Shown here: positions 15,001 through 27,200 of the stretch, one piece after another
Position numbering within the stretch: position 1 is the stretch's first letter
How the letters are laid out: each line of letters begins with the position of its first letter
Assembly (NCBI GenBank): GCA_964016885.1
Contig: CAXHJY010000168.1
Location: forward strand, 172,609-236,608
DNA: 64,000 nt
Direction: 5' to 3'
Source: Eledone cirrhosa
Taxonomy: Eukaryota
Notes under the pieces: generated by a model
Databases searched by the model: none
Told to the model about the DNA's origin: nothing
The model's input: only the letters and a program-made list of their open reading frames with translations
Translations under genes and position numbers: made by a program

Positions 15001-15599
15001 TTTGGATACCCCGTTTTTTTATGGGGAGGGGTCCGTTTTTTATTTAGGTACCCCGTTTTTTATTTGGATGCCCCGTTATTTATGGGGGGGTCCGTTTTTC
15101 ATTTTTGTACACTGTTTTTTTATTTGGGTGCCCCGTTATTTTATGGGGGGGTACGTTTTTTATTTGGGTTCCCCGTTTTTTTAGGGAGGTCCGTTTTTTT
15201 ATTTGGGTTACCCCGTTTTTTATTTGGGTACCCCGTTTTTGGGGTCCGTTTTTTATTTGGGTACCCTGTTTTTTTATTTGGGTGCCCCGTTTTTTTATGG
15301 GGGGGTCCGTTTTTTATATTTGTACCCTGTTTTTTTATTTGGGTGCCCCGTTTTTTTATGGGTGGTCCGTTTTTTATTTGGGTGCCCCGTTTTTTTATGG
15401 GGGTTCCGTTTTTTATTTGGGTGCCCCATTTTTTATTTGGGTGCCCCGTTTTTTTATGGGGGGGTCCGTTTTTTATTTGGGTGACCCGTTTTTTATTTGG
15501 GTGCCCCGTTTTTTATGGGGGTGTCAGTTTCTTATTTGGGTACCCCGTTTTTTATTTGGGTGCACCGTTTTTTATTTGGGTGCACCGTTTTTTTATGGG

Positions 15600-18500
15600 G
15601 GGGTCCGTTTTTTATTTGGGTGCCCCGTTTTTTTATGGGGGGGTCCGTTTTTTATTTGGGTGCCCCGTTTTTTTATGGGGGGGTCCGTTTTTTACGTGGG
15701 AGGGGGGCGTTTTTTATTTGTGTGCCCCGTTCTTTATTTGGGTACCTCGTTTTTTGGGTCCGTTTTTTATTTGGGTACCCCGTTTTTTAATTAGGTGCCC
15801 CTATTTTTTATGGGGGAGTCCGTTTTTTATTTGGGTGCCCCGTTTTTTGATGGGGGGGTCCGTTTTTTATTTGGGTACCCCGTTTTTTATTTGGGTGCCC
15901 CGTTTTTTTATGGGGGTGTCCGTTTTTTATTTGGGTGCCCCGTTTTTTTATGGGGGGGGGGCCGTTTTTTATTTGGGTGCCCCGTTTTTTGGGTCCGTTT
16001 TTTATTTGGGTACCCCGTTTTTTATTTCGGTGTCCCGTTCTTTTATGGGGGGTCCGTTTTTTTATTTCGGTGCCCCGTTTTTTATGGGGGGGTCCGTTTT
16101 TTATTTGGGTGCCCCGTTTTTGTATGGGGGTGTCCGTTTTTTATTTGGGTACACGTTTTTTATTTGGGTGTCCCGTTTTTTTATGGGGGGGTCCGTTTTT
16201 TATTTGGGTGCCCCGTTTTTTATTTGGGTGCCCCGTTTCTTATTTGGGTGCCCCGTTTTTTTATGGGGGGGTTCCGTTTTTTATTTGGGTGCCCCGTTTT
16301 TTGGGTCCGTTTTTCACTTGGGTACACCGTTTTTTTATTTGGGTGCCCCGTTTTTTTATGGGGGTGTCCGTTTTTTATTTGGGTGCCCCGTTTTTGTATG
16401 GGGGTGTCCGTTTTTTATTTGGGTCCACGTTTTTTATTTGGGTGTCCCGTTTTTTTATGGGGGGGTCCGTTTTTTATTTGGGTGCCCCGTTTTTTATTTG
16501 GGTGCCCCGTTTCTTATTTGGGTGCCCCGTTTTTTTATGGGGGGGTTCCGTTTTTTATTTGGGTGCCCCGTTTTTTGGGTCCGTTTTTTACTTGGGTACA
16601 CCGTTTTTTTATTTGGGTGCCCCGTTTTTTTATGGGGGCTCCGTTTTTTATTTGGGTGCTCCGTTTTTGGGGTCCGTTTTTTATTTGGGTACCCCGTTTT
16701 TTATTTCGGTGCCTCGTTTTTTTATGGGGGGTCCGTTTTTTATTTCGGTGCCCCGTTTTTTTATGGGGGGGTCCGTTTTTTATTTGGGTGCCCCGTTTTT
16801 TATTTGGGTACCCCGTTTTTTATTTGGGTACCCCGTTTTTTATTTCGGTGCCTCGTTTTTTTATGGGGGGTCCGTTTTTTAATTTCGGTGCCCCGTTTTT
16901 TTATGGGGGGGTCCGTTTTTTAATTGGGTGCCCCGTTTTTTATTTGGGTACCCTGTTTTTTATTTGGGTGCCACGTTTTTTGGGTCCGTTTTTTATTTGG
17001 ATGCCCCGTTTTTTATTTGGGTGCCCCGTTTTTTTATTTGGGTACCCCGTTTTTTGCTTGGGTGCCCCGTTTTCTATGGGGGGGGTCCGTTTTTTATTTG
17101 GGTGCCCCGTTTTTTTATGAGGGGGTTCTTTTTTTATTTGGGTACCCCGTTTTTTATTTGGGTGCCCCGTTTTTTATTTCGGTGCCCCGTTATTTTATGC
17201 GGGGTGTCCGTTTTTTATTTGGGTACACGTTTTTTATTTGGGTGTCCCGTTTTTTTATGGGGGGGTCCGTTTTTTATTTGGGTGCCCCGTTTTTTATTTG
17301 GGTGCCCCGTTTCTTATTTGGGTGCCCCGTTTTTTTATGGGGGGGTACCGTTTTTTATTTGGGTGCCCCGTTTTTTGGGTCCGTTTTTTACTTGGGTACA
17401 CCGTTCTTTTATTTGGGTGCCCCGTTTTTTTATGGGGGGGTCCGTTTTTTATTTGGGTACCCCGTTTTTTATTTGGTTGCCCCGTTATTTTATGGGGGGG
17501 TCCGTTTTTTATTTGGGTGCCCCGTTTTTTGGGTCCGTTTTTTATTTGGGTACTCCGTTTTATTATGGGGGGGTACGTTTTTTATTTGGGTGCCCCGTTT
17601 TTTTATGGGGGTGGTCCGTTTTTTATTTGGGTGCCCCGTTTTTTTATGGGGGGGTCTGTTTTTTATTTGGATGACCCGTTTTTTTATGGGGGGGTCCGTT
17701 TTTTATTTGGGTGCCCCGTTTTTTATTTGGGTGCCCCGTTTCTTATTTGGGTGCCCCGTTTTTTTATGGGGGGGTACCGTTTTTTATTTGGGTGCCCCGT
17801 TTTTGGGGTCCGTTTTTTACTTGGGTACACCGTTTTTTTTGTTTGGGTGCCCCGTTTTTTTATGGGGGGGTCCGTTTTTTATTTGGGTACCCCGTTTTTT
17901 ATTTGGTTGCCCCGTTATTTTATGGGGGGGGGTCCGTTTTTTATTTGGGTGCCCCGACTTTTATTTGTGTGCCCCGTTTTTTTATGAGGGGTCCGTTTTT
18001 TATTTGGGTGCCCCGTTTTTTTATGTGGGGGTCCGTTTTTTATTTGGGTGCCCCGTTTTTTTATGGGGGGGCCGTTTTTTATTTGTGTGCCCCGTTTTCT
18101 ATTTGGGTACCCCGTTTTTTAATTGGGTGCCCCCATTTTTTATGGGGGGGTCCGTTTTTTATTTGGGTGCCCCGTTTTTTATTTGGGTGCCCCGTTTTTT
18201 TATGGGGGGGTCCGTTTTTTATTTGGGTGCCCCGTTTTTTGGGTCCGTTTTTTATTTGGGTACCCCGTTTTTTATTTCGGTGCCCCGTTTTTTTATGGGG
18301 GGTCCGTTTTTTATTTCGGTGCCCCGTTTTTTTATAGGGGGGTCCGTTTTTTATTTGGGTGCCCCGTTTTTTATTTGGGTACCCCGTTTTTTATTTGGGT
18401 GCCCCGTTTTTGTATGGGGGGGTCCGTTTTTTATTTGGGTACCCTGTTTTTTATTTGGGTGCCCCGTTTTGTGGGTCCGTTTTTTATTTGTGTGCCCCGT

Positions 18501-21500
18501 TTTTTTTATGGGGGGTCCGTTTTTTATTTGGATGCCCCGTTTTTTATTTGGGTGCCCCGTTTTTTTATTTGGGTACCCCGTTTTTTACTTGGGTGCCCCG
18601 TTCTTTATGGGGGGGTCCGTTTTATATTTGGGTGCCCCGTTTTTTTATGAGGGGGTTCGTTTTTTATTTGGGTACCCCGTTTTTTATTTGGGTGCCCCGT
18701 TATTTTATGGGGGGTGTCCGTTTTTTATTTGGGTACACGTTTTTTATTTGGGTGTCCCGTTTTTTTATGGGGGGGTCCGTTTTTTATTTGGGTGCCCCGT
18801 TTTTTATTTGGGTGCCCCGTTTCTTATTTGGGTGCCCCGTTTTTTTATGGGGGGGTTCCGTTTTTTATTTGGGTGCCCCGTTTTTTGGGTCCGTTTTTTA
18901 CTTGGGTACACCGTTTTTTTATTTGGGTGCCCCGTTTTTTTATGGGGGGTCCGTTTTTTATTTGGGTTCCCCGTTTTTTATTTGGTTGCCCCGTTGTTTT
19001 ATGGGGGGGGTCCGTTTTTTATTTGGGTGCCCCGTTTTTTATTTGGGTGCCCCGTTTTTTTATGGGGGGTCCGTTTTATATTTGGGTGCCCCGTTTTTGG
19101 GGTCCGTTTTTTATTTGGGTACCCCGTTTTTTTATGGGGGGGGGTCCGTTTTTTATTTGGGTGCCCCGTTTGTTTATGGGGGTGGTCCGTTTTTTATTTG
19201 GGTGCCCCGTTTTTTTATGGGGGGGTCCGTTTTTTATTTGGATGACCCGTTTTTTTATAGGGGGTCCGTTTTTTATTTGGGTACCCCGTTTTTTATTTCG
19301 GTGCCCCGTTTTTTTATGGGGGGTCCGTTTTTTATTTCGGTGCCCGTTTTTTTATGGGGGGGTCCGTTTTTTATTTGGGTGCCCCGTCTTTTATTTGGGT
19401 ACCCCGTTTTTTATTTGGGTGCCCCGTTTTTGTATGGGGGGTCCGTTTTTTATTTGGGTACCCTGTTTTTTATTTGGGTGCCCCGTTTTGTGGGTCCGTT
19501 TTTTATTTGTGTGCCCCGTTTTTTTTATGGGGGGGTCCGTTTTTTATTTGGATGACCCGTTTTTTTATAGGGGGTCCGTTTTTTATTTGGGTACCCCGTT
19601 TTTTATTTGGGTGCCCCGTTTTTTTATGGGGGGTCCGTTTTTCATTTGGGTACCCCGTTTTTTATTTGGGTGCCCCGTTTTTTTATGGGGGGGTCCGTTT
19701 TTTATTTGGGTGCCCCGTTTTTTGTTTGGGTGCCCCGTTTTTTTATGGGGGGTCCGTTTTTCATTTGGGTAGCCCGTTTTTTATTTGGGTGCCCCGTTTT
19801 TTTATGGGGGGGTCCGTTTTTTATTTGGGTGCCCCGTTTTTTGTTTGGGTGCCCCGTTTTTTTATGGGGGGTCCGTTTTTTATTTGGGTGCCCCGTTTTT
19901 TATTTGGGTGCCCCGTTCTTTTATGGGGGGGTCCGTTTTTTATTTGGGTGCTTCGTTTTTTTATGGGGGGGTCCGTTTTTTATTTGGGTGCCCCGTTTTT
20001 TTATGGGGGGGTCCGTTTTTTACGTGGGAGGGGGGCGTTTTTTATTTGTGTGCCCCGTTCTTTATTTGGGTACCTCGTTTTTTGGGTCCGTTTTTTATTT
20101 GGGTACCCCGTTTTTTAATTAGGTGCCCCTATTTTTTATGGGGGAGTCCGTTTTTTATTTGGGTGCCCCGTTTTTTGATGGGGGGGTCCGTTTTTTATTT
20201 GGGTACCCCGTTTTTTATTTGGGTGCCCCGTTTTTTTATGGGGGTGTCCGTTTTTTATTTGGGTGCCCCGTTTTTTTATGGGGGGGGGGCCGTTTTTTAT
20301 TTGGGTGCCCCGTTTTTTGGGTCCGTTTTTTATTTGGGTACCCCGTTTTTTATTTCGGTGTCCCGTTCTTTTATGGGGGGTCCGTTTTTTTATTTCGGTG
20401 CCCCGTTTTTTATGGGGGGGTCCGTTTTTTATTTGGGTGCCCCGTTTTTTATTTGGGTGCCCCGTTTTTGTATGGGGGTGTCCGTTTTTTATTTGGGTAC
20501 ACGTTTTTTATTTGGGTGTCCCGTTTTTTTATGGGGGGGTCCGTTTTTTATTTGGGTGCCCCGTTTTTTATTTGGGTGCCCCGTTTCTTATTTGGGTGCC
20601 CCGTTTTTTTATGGGGGGGTTCCGTTTTTTATTTGGGTGCCCCGTTTTTTGGGTCCGTTTTTCACTTGGGTACACCGTTTTTTTATTTGGGTGCCCCGTT
20701 TTTTTATGGGGGTGTCCGTTTTTTATTTGGGTGCCCCGTTTTTGTATGGGGGTGTCCGTTTTTTATTTGGGTCCACGTTTTTTATTTGGGTGTCCCGTTT
20801 TTTTATGGGGGGGTCCGTTTTTTATTTGGGTGCCCCGTTTTTTATTTGGGTGCCCCGTTTCTTATTTGGGTGCCCCGTTTTTTTATGGGGGGGTTCCGTT
20901 TTTTATTTGGGTGCCCCGTTTTTTGGGTCCGTTTTTTACTTGGGTACACCGTTTTTTTATTTGGGTGCCCCGTTTTTTTATGGGGGCTCCGTTTTTTATT
21001 TGGGTGCTCCGTTTTTGGGGTCCGTTTTTTATTTGGGTACCCCGTTTTTTATTTCGGTGCCTCGTTTTTTTATGGGGGGTCCGTTTTTTATTTCGGTGCC
21101 CCGTTTTTTTATGGGGGGGTCCGTTTTTTATTTGGGTGCCCCGTTTTTTATTTGGGTACCCCGTTTTTTATTTGGGTACCCCGTTTTTTATTTCGGTGCC
21201 TCGTTTTTTTATGGGGGGTCCGTTTTTTAATTTCGGTGCCCCGTTTTTTTATGGGGGGGTCCGTTTTTTAATTGGGTGCCCCGTTTTTTATTTGGGTACC
21301 CTGTTTTTTATTTGGGTGCCACGTTTTTTGGGTCCGTTTTTTATTTGGATGCCCCGTTTTTTATTTGGGTGCCCCGTTTTTTTATTTGGGTACCCCGTTT
21401 TTTGCTTGGGTGCCCCGTTTTCTATGGGGGGGGTCCGTTTTTTATTTGGGTGCCCCGTTTTTTTATGAGGGGGTTCTTTTTTTATTTGGGTACCCCGTTT

Positions 21501-24270
21501 TTTATTTGGGTGCCCCGTTTTTTATTTCGGTGCCCCGTTATTTTATGCGGGGTGTCCGTTTTTTATTTGGGTACACGTTTTTTATTTGGGTGTCCCGTTT
21601 TTTTATGGGGGGGTCCGTTTTTTATTTGGGTGCCCCGTTTTTTATTTGGGTGCCCCGTTTCTTATTTGGGTGCCCCGTTTTTTTATGGGGGGGTACCGTT
21701 TTTTATTTGGGTGCCCCGTTTTTTGGGTCCGTTTTTTACTTGGGTACACCGTTCTTTTATTTGGGTGCCCCGTTTTTTTATGGGGGGGTCCGTTTTTTAT
21801 TTGGGTACCCCGTTTTTTATTTGGTTGCCCCGTTATTTTATGGGGGGGTCCGTTTTTTATTTGGGTGCCCCGTTTTTTGGGTCCGTTTTTTATTTGGGTA
21901 CTCCGTTTTATTATGGGGGGGTACGTTTTTTATTTGGGTGCCCCGTTTTTTTATGGGGGTGGTCCGTTTTTTATTTGGGTGCCCCGTTTTTTTATGGGGG
22001 GGTCTGTTTTTTATTTGGATGACCCGTTTTTTTATGGGGGGGTCCGTTTTTTATTTGGGTGCCCCGTTTTTTATTTGGGTGCCCCGTTTCTTATTTGGGT
22101 GCCCCGTTTTTTTATGGGGGGGTACCGTTTTTTATTTGGGTGCCCCGTTTTTGGGGTCCGTTTTTTACTTGGGTACACCGTTTTTTTGTTTGGGTGCCCC
22201 GTTTTTTTATGGGGGGGTCCGTTTTTTATTTGGGTACCCCGTTTTTTATTTGGTTGCCCCGTTATTTTATGGGGGGGGGTCCGTTTTTTATTTGGGTGCC
22301 CCGACTTTTATTTGTGTGCCCCGTTTTTTTATGAGGGGTCCGTTTTTTATTTGGGTGCCCCGTTTTTTTATGGGGGGGCCGTTTTTTATTTGTGTGCCCC
22401 GTTTTCTATTTGGGTACCCCGTTTTTTAATTGGGTGCCCCCATTTTTTATGGGGGGGTCCGTTTTTTATTTGGGTGCCCCGTTTTTTATTTGGGTGCCCC
22501 GTTTTTTTATGGGGGGGTCCGTTTTTTATTTGGGTGCCCCGTTTTTTGGGTCCGTTTTTTATTTGGGTACCCCGTTTTTTATTTCGGTGCCCCGTTTTTT
22601 TATGGGGGGTCCGTTTTTTATTTCGGTGCCCCGTTTTTTTATAGGGGGGTCCGTTTTTTATTTGGGTGCCCCGTTTTTTATTTGGGTACCCCGTTTTTTA
22701 TTTGGGTGCCCCGTTTTTGTATGGGGGGGTCCGTTTTTTATTTGGGTACCCTGTTTTTTATTTGGGTGCCCCGTTTTGTGGGTCCGTTTTTTATTTGTGT
22801 GCCCCGTTTTTTTTATGGGGGGTCCGTTTTTTATTTGGATGCCCCGTTTTTTATTTGGGTGCCCCGTTTTTTTATTTGGGTACCCCGTTTTTTACTTGGG
22901 TGCCCCGTTCTTTATGGGGGGGTCCGTTTTATATTTGGGTGCCCCGTTTTTTTATGAGGGGGTTCGTTTTTTATTTGGGTACCCCGTTTTTTATTTGGGT
23001 GCCCCGTTATTTTATGGGGGGTGTCCGTTTTTTATTTGGGTACACGTTTTTTATTTGGGTGTCCCGTTTTTTTATGGGGGGGTCCGTTTTTTATTTGGGT
23101 GCCCCGTTTTTTATTTGGGTGCCCCGTTTCTTATTTGGGTGCCCCGTTTTTTTATGGGGGGGTTCCGTTTTTTATTTGGGTGCCCCGTTTTTTGGGTCCG
23201 TTTTTTACTTGGGTACACCGTTTTTTTATTTGGGTGCCCCGTTGTTTTATGGGGGGTCCGTTTTTTATTTGGGTTCCCCGTTTTTTATTTGGTTGCCCCG
23301 TTGTTTTATGGGGGGGGGTCCGTTTTTTATTTGGGTGCCCCGTTTTTTATTTGGGTGCCCCGTTTTTTTATGGGGGGTCCGTTTTATATTTGGGTGCCCC
23401 GTTTTTGGGGTCCGTTTTTTATTTGGGTACCCCGTTTTTTTATGGGGGGGGGGGGTCCGTTTTTTATTTGGGTGCCCCGTTTGTTTATGGGGGTGGTCCG
23501 TTTTTTATTTGGGTGCCCCGTTTTTTTATGGGGGGGTCCGTTTTTATTTGGATGACCCGTTTTTTTATAGGGGGTCCGTTTTTTATTTGGGTACCCCGTT
23601 TTTTATTTCGGTGCCCCGTTTTTTTATGGGGGGTCCGTTTTTTATTTCGGTGCCCGTTTTTTTATGGGGGGGTCCGTTTTTTATTTGGGTGCCCCGTCTT
23701 TTATTTGGGTACCCCGTTTTTTATTTGGGTGCCCCGTTTTTGTATGGGGGGTCCGTTTTTTATTTGGGTACCCTGTTTTTTATTTGGGTGCCCCGTTTTG
23801 TGGGTCCGTTTTTTATTTGTGTGCCCCGTTTTTTTTATGGGGGGGTCCGTTTTTTATTTGGATGACCCGTTTTTTTATAGGGGGTCCGTTTTTTATTTGG
23901 GTACCCCGTTTTTTATTTGGGTGCCCCGTTTTTTTATGGGGGGTCCGTTTTTCATTTGGGTACCCCGTTTTTTATTTGGGTGCCCCGTTTTTTTATGGGG
24001 GGGTCCGTTTTTTATTTGGGTGCCCCGTTTTTTGTTTGGGTGCCCCGTTTTTTTATGGGGGGTCCGTTTTTCATTTGGGTAGCCCGTTTTTTATTTGGGT
24101 GCCCCGTTTTTTTATGGGGGGGTCCGTTTTTTATTTGGGTGCCCCGTTTTTTGTTTGGGTGCCCCGTTTTTTTATGGGGGGTCCGTTTTTTATTTGGGTG
24201 CCCCGTTTTTTATTTGGGTGCCCCGTTCTTTTATGGGGGGGTCCGTTTTTTATTTGGGTGCTTCGTTTTT
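15600..24270. repeat. Higher-order tandem duplication, ~4.3-kb period
   Basis: Recurring translations at 15795/20123, 16924/21272, 18123/22430, 19354/23664 (offsets 4307-4348, differing by whole-monomer indels); boundaries approximate. Confidence 0.85.
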
Positions 24271-27200
24271 TTATGGGGGTGTCCGTTTTTTATGGGGGGG
24301 CCGTTTTTTATTTGTGTGCCCCGTTTTTTATTTGGGTACCTCGTTTTTTGGGTCCGTTTTTTATTTGGGTACACCGTTTTTTATTTGGGTGCCCCGTTTT
24401 TTTATGGGGGGGTCCGTTTTTTATTTGGGTGCCCCGTTTTTTATTTGGGTGCCCCGTTTTTTTATGGGGGGGTCCGTTTTTTATTTGGGTGCCCCATTTT
24501 TTATTTTGGTGCCCCGTTTTTTTATGGGGGGGTCCGTTTTTTATTTGGGTGCCCCATTTTTTATTTTGGTGCCCCGTTTTTTTATTTGGGTGCCCCGTTT
24601 TTTATTTGGGTACCCCGTTTTTTGGGTCCGTTTTTTATTTGGGTACCCCGTTTTTTATTTGGGAGCCCCGTTTTTTTATGGGGAGGGGGCGTTTTTTATT
24701 TGGATACCCCGTTTTTTATTTGGGTGCCCCGTCTTTTTATGGGGTGGTCCGTTTTTTATTTGGGTGCCCCGTTTTTTATTTGGGTACCCCGTTTTTTATT
24801 TGGGTACCCCGTTTTTTATTTGGGTGCCCCGTTTTTTATTTGGATGCCCCGTTTTTTATGGGGGGTCCGTTTTTTATTTGGGTGCCCCGTTTTTATTTGG
24901 GTGCCCCGTTTTTTATTTGGATGCCCCGTTTTTTTATGGGGGGGGTCCGTTTTTTATTTGGGTGCCCCGTTTTTTATTTGGGTACCCCGTTTTTTATTTG
25001 GGTGCCCCGTTTTTTTATGGGGGGATCCGCTTTTTATTTGGGTGCCCCGTTTTTTATTTGGGTACCCCGTTTTGGGGTCCGTTTTTTATTTGGGTACCCC
25101 GTTTTTTATTTGGGTGCCCCGTTTTTTATGGGGGGTCCGTTTTTTATTTGGGTGCCCCGTTTTTTTATGGGGGGGTCCGTTTTTTATTTGGGTGCCCCGT
25201 TTTTTATTTGGGTGCACCGTTTTTTATTTGGGTACCCCGTTTTTTATTTGGATGCCCCGTTTTTTGATGGGGGGTTCCGTTTTTTATTTTTGTACCCTGT
25301 TTTTTTATTTGGGTGCCCCGTTTTTTTATGGGGGTGTCCGTTTTTTATTTGGGTGCCCCGTTTTTTAGGGGGGGGGGTCGGTTTTTTTATTTGGGTGCCA
25401 CGTTTTTTATTTGGGTACCCAGTATTTTGGGTCCGTTTTTTATTTGGGTACACCGTTTTTTATTTGGGTGCCCCGTTTTTTTATGGGGGGGTCCGTTTTT
25501 TATTTGGGTGCCACGTTTTTTATTTGGGTGCCCCGTTTTTTTATGGGGGGGTCCGTTTTTTATTTGGGTGCCCCATTTTTTATTTTGGTGCCCCGTTTTT
25601 TTATGGGGGGGTCCGTTTTTTATTTGGGTGCCCCGTTTTTTTAGGGGGGGGTCCGTTTTTTTATTTGGGTGCCCCGTTTTTTATTTGGGTACCCCGTTTT
25701 TTGGGTCCGTTTTTTATTTGGGTACCCCGTTTTTTATAGGGGGGGCCGTTTTTTATTTGGGTACCCCGTTTTTTATTTGGGTGCCCCGTTTTTTTATTGG
25801 GGGGTCCGTTTTTTATTTGGGTGCCCCGTTTTTTATTTGGGTACCCCGTTTTTTGGTTCCGTTTTTTATTTGGGTACCCCGTTTTTTATTTGGGTGCCCC
25901 GTTTTTTTATGGGGGGGGCGTTTTTTATTTGGATAACCCGTTTTTTATTTGGGTGCCCCGTCTTTTTATGGGGTGGTCCGTTTTTTATTTGGGTGCCCCG
26001 TTTTTTATTTGGGTACCCCGTTTTTTATTTGGGTACCCCGTTTTTTATTTGGGTGCCCCGTTTTTTATTTGGATGCCCCGTTCTTTATGGGGGGTCCGTT
26101 TTTTATTTGGGTGCCCCGTTTTTATTTGGGTGCCCCGTTTTTTATTTGGATGCCCCGTTTTTTTATGTGGGGGTCCGTTTTTTATTTGGGTGCCCCGTTT
26201 TTTTATGGGGGGGTCCGTTTTTTATTTGGGTGCCCCGTTTTTTATTTGGGTGCACCGTTTTTTATTTGGGTACCCCGTTTTTTATTTGGATGCCCCGTTT
26301 TTTGATGGGGGGTTCCGTTTTTTATTTTTGTACCCTGTTTTTTTATTTGGGTGCCCCGTTTTTTTATGGGGGTGTCCGTTTTTTATTTGGGTGCCCCGTT
26401 TTTTAGGTGGGGGTCGGTTTTTTTATTTGGGTGCCACGTTTTTTATTTGGGTACCCAGTATTTTGGGTCCGTTTTTTATTTGGGTACACCGTTTTTTATT
26501 TGGGTGCCCCGTTTTTTTATGGGGGGGTCCGTTTTTTATTTGGGTGCCCCATTTTTTATTTTGGTGCCCCGTTTTTTTATGGGGGGGTCCGTTTTTTATT
26601 TGGGTGCCCCATTTTTTATTTTGGTGCCCCGTTTTTTTATTTGGGTGCCCCGTTTTTTATTTGGGTACCCCGTTTTTTGGGTCCGTTTTTTATTTGGGTA
26701 CCCCGTTTTTTATTTGGGTGCCCCGTTTTTTATGGGGGGGGCCGTTTTTTATTTGGGTACCCCGTTTTTTATTTGGGTACCCCGTTTTTTTATGGGGGGA
26801 TCCGCTTTTTATTTGGGTGCCCCGTTTTTTATTTGGGTACCCCGTTTTTTATTTGGGTACCCCGTTTTTTATTTGGGTGCCCCGTTTTTTATTTGGATGC
26901 CCCGTTTTTTATGGGGGGTCCGTTTTTTATTTGGGTGCCCCGTTTTTATTTGGGTGCCCCGTTTTTTATTTGGATGCCCCGTTTTTTTATGGGGGGGTCC
27001 GTTTTTTATTTGGGTGCCCCGTTTTTTATTTGGGTACCCCGTTTTTTATTTGGGTGCCCCGTTTTTTGGTTCCGTTTTTTATTTGGGTACCCCGTTCTTT
27101 ATTTATGTGCCCCGTTTTTTTATGGGGGGGGCGTTTTTTATTTGGATACCCCATTTTTTATTTGGGTGCCCCGTCTTTTTATGGGGTGGTCCGTTTTTTA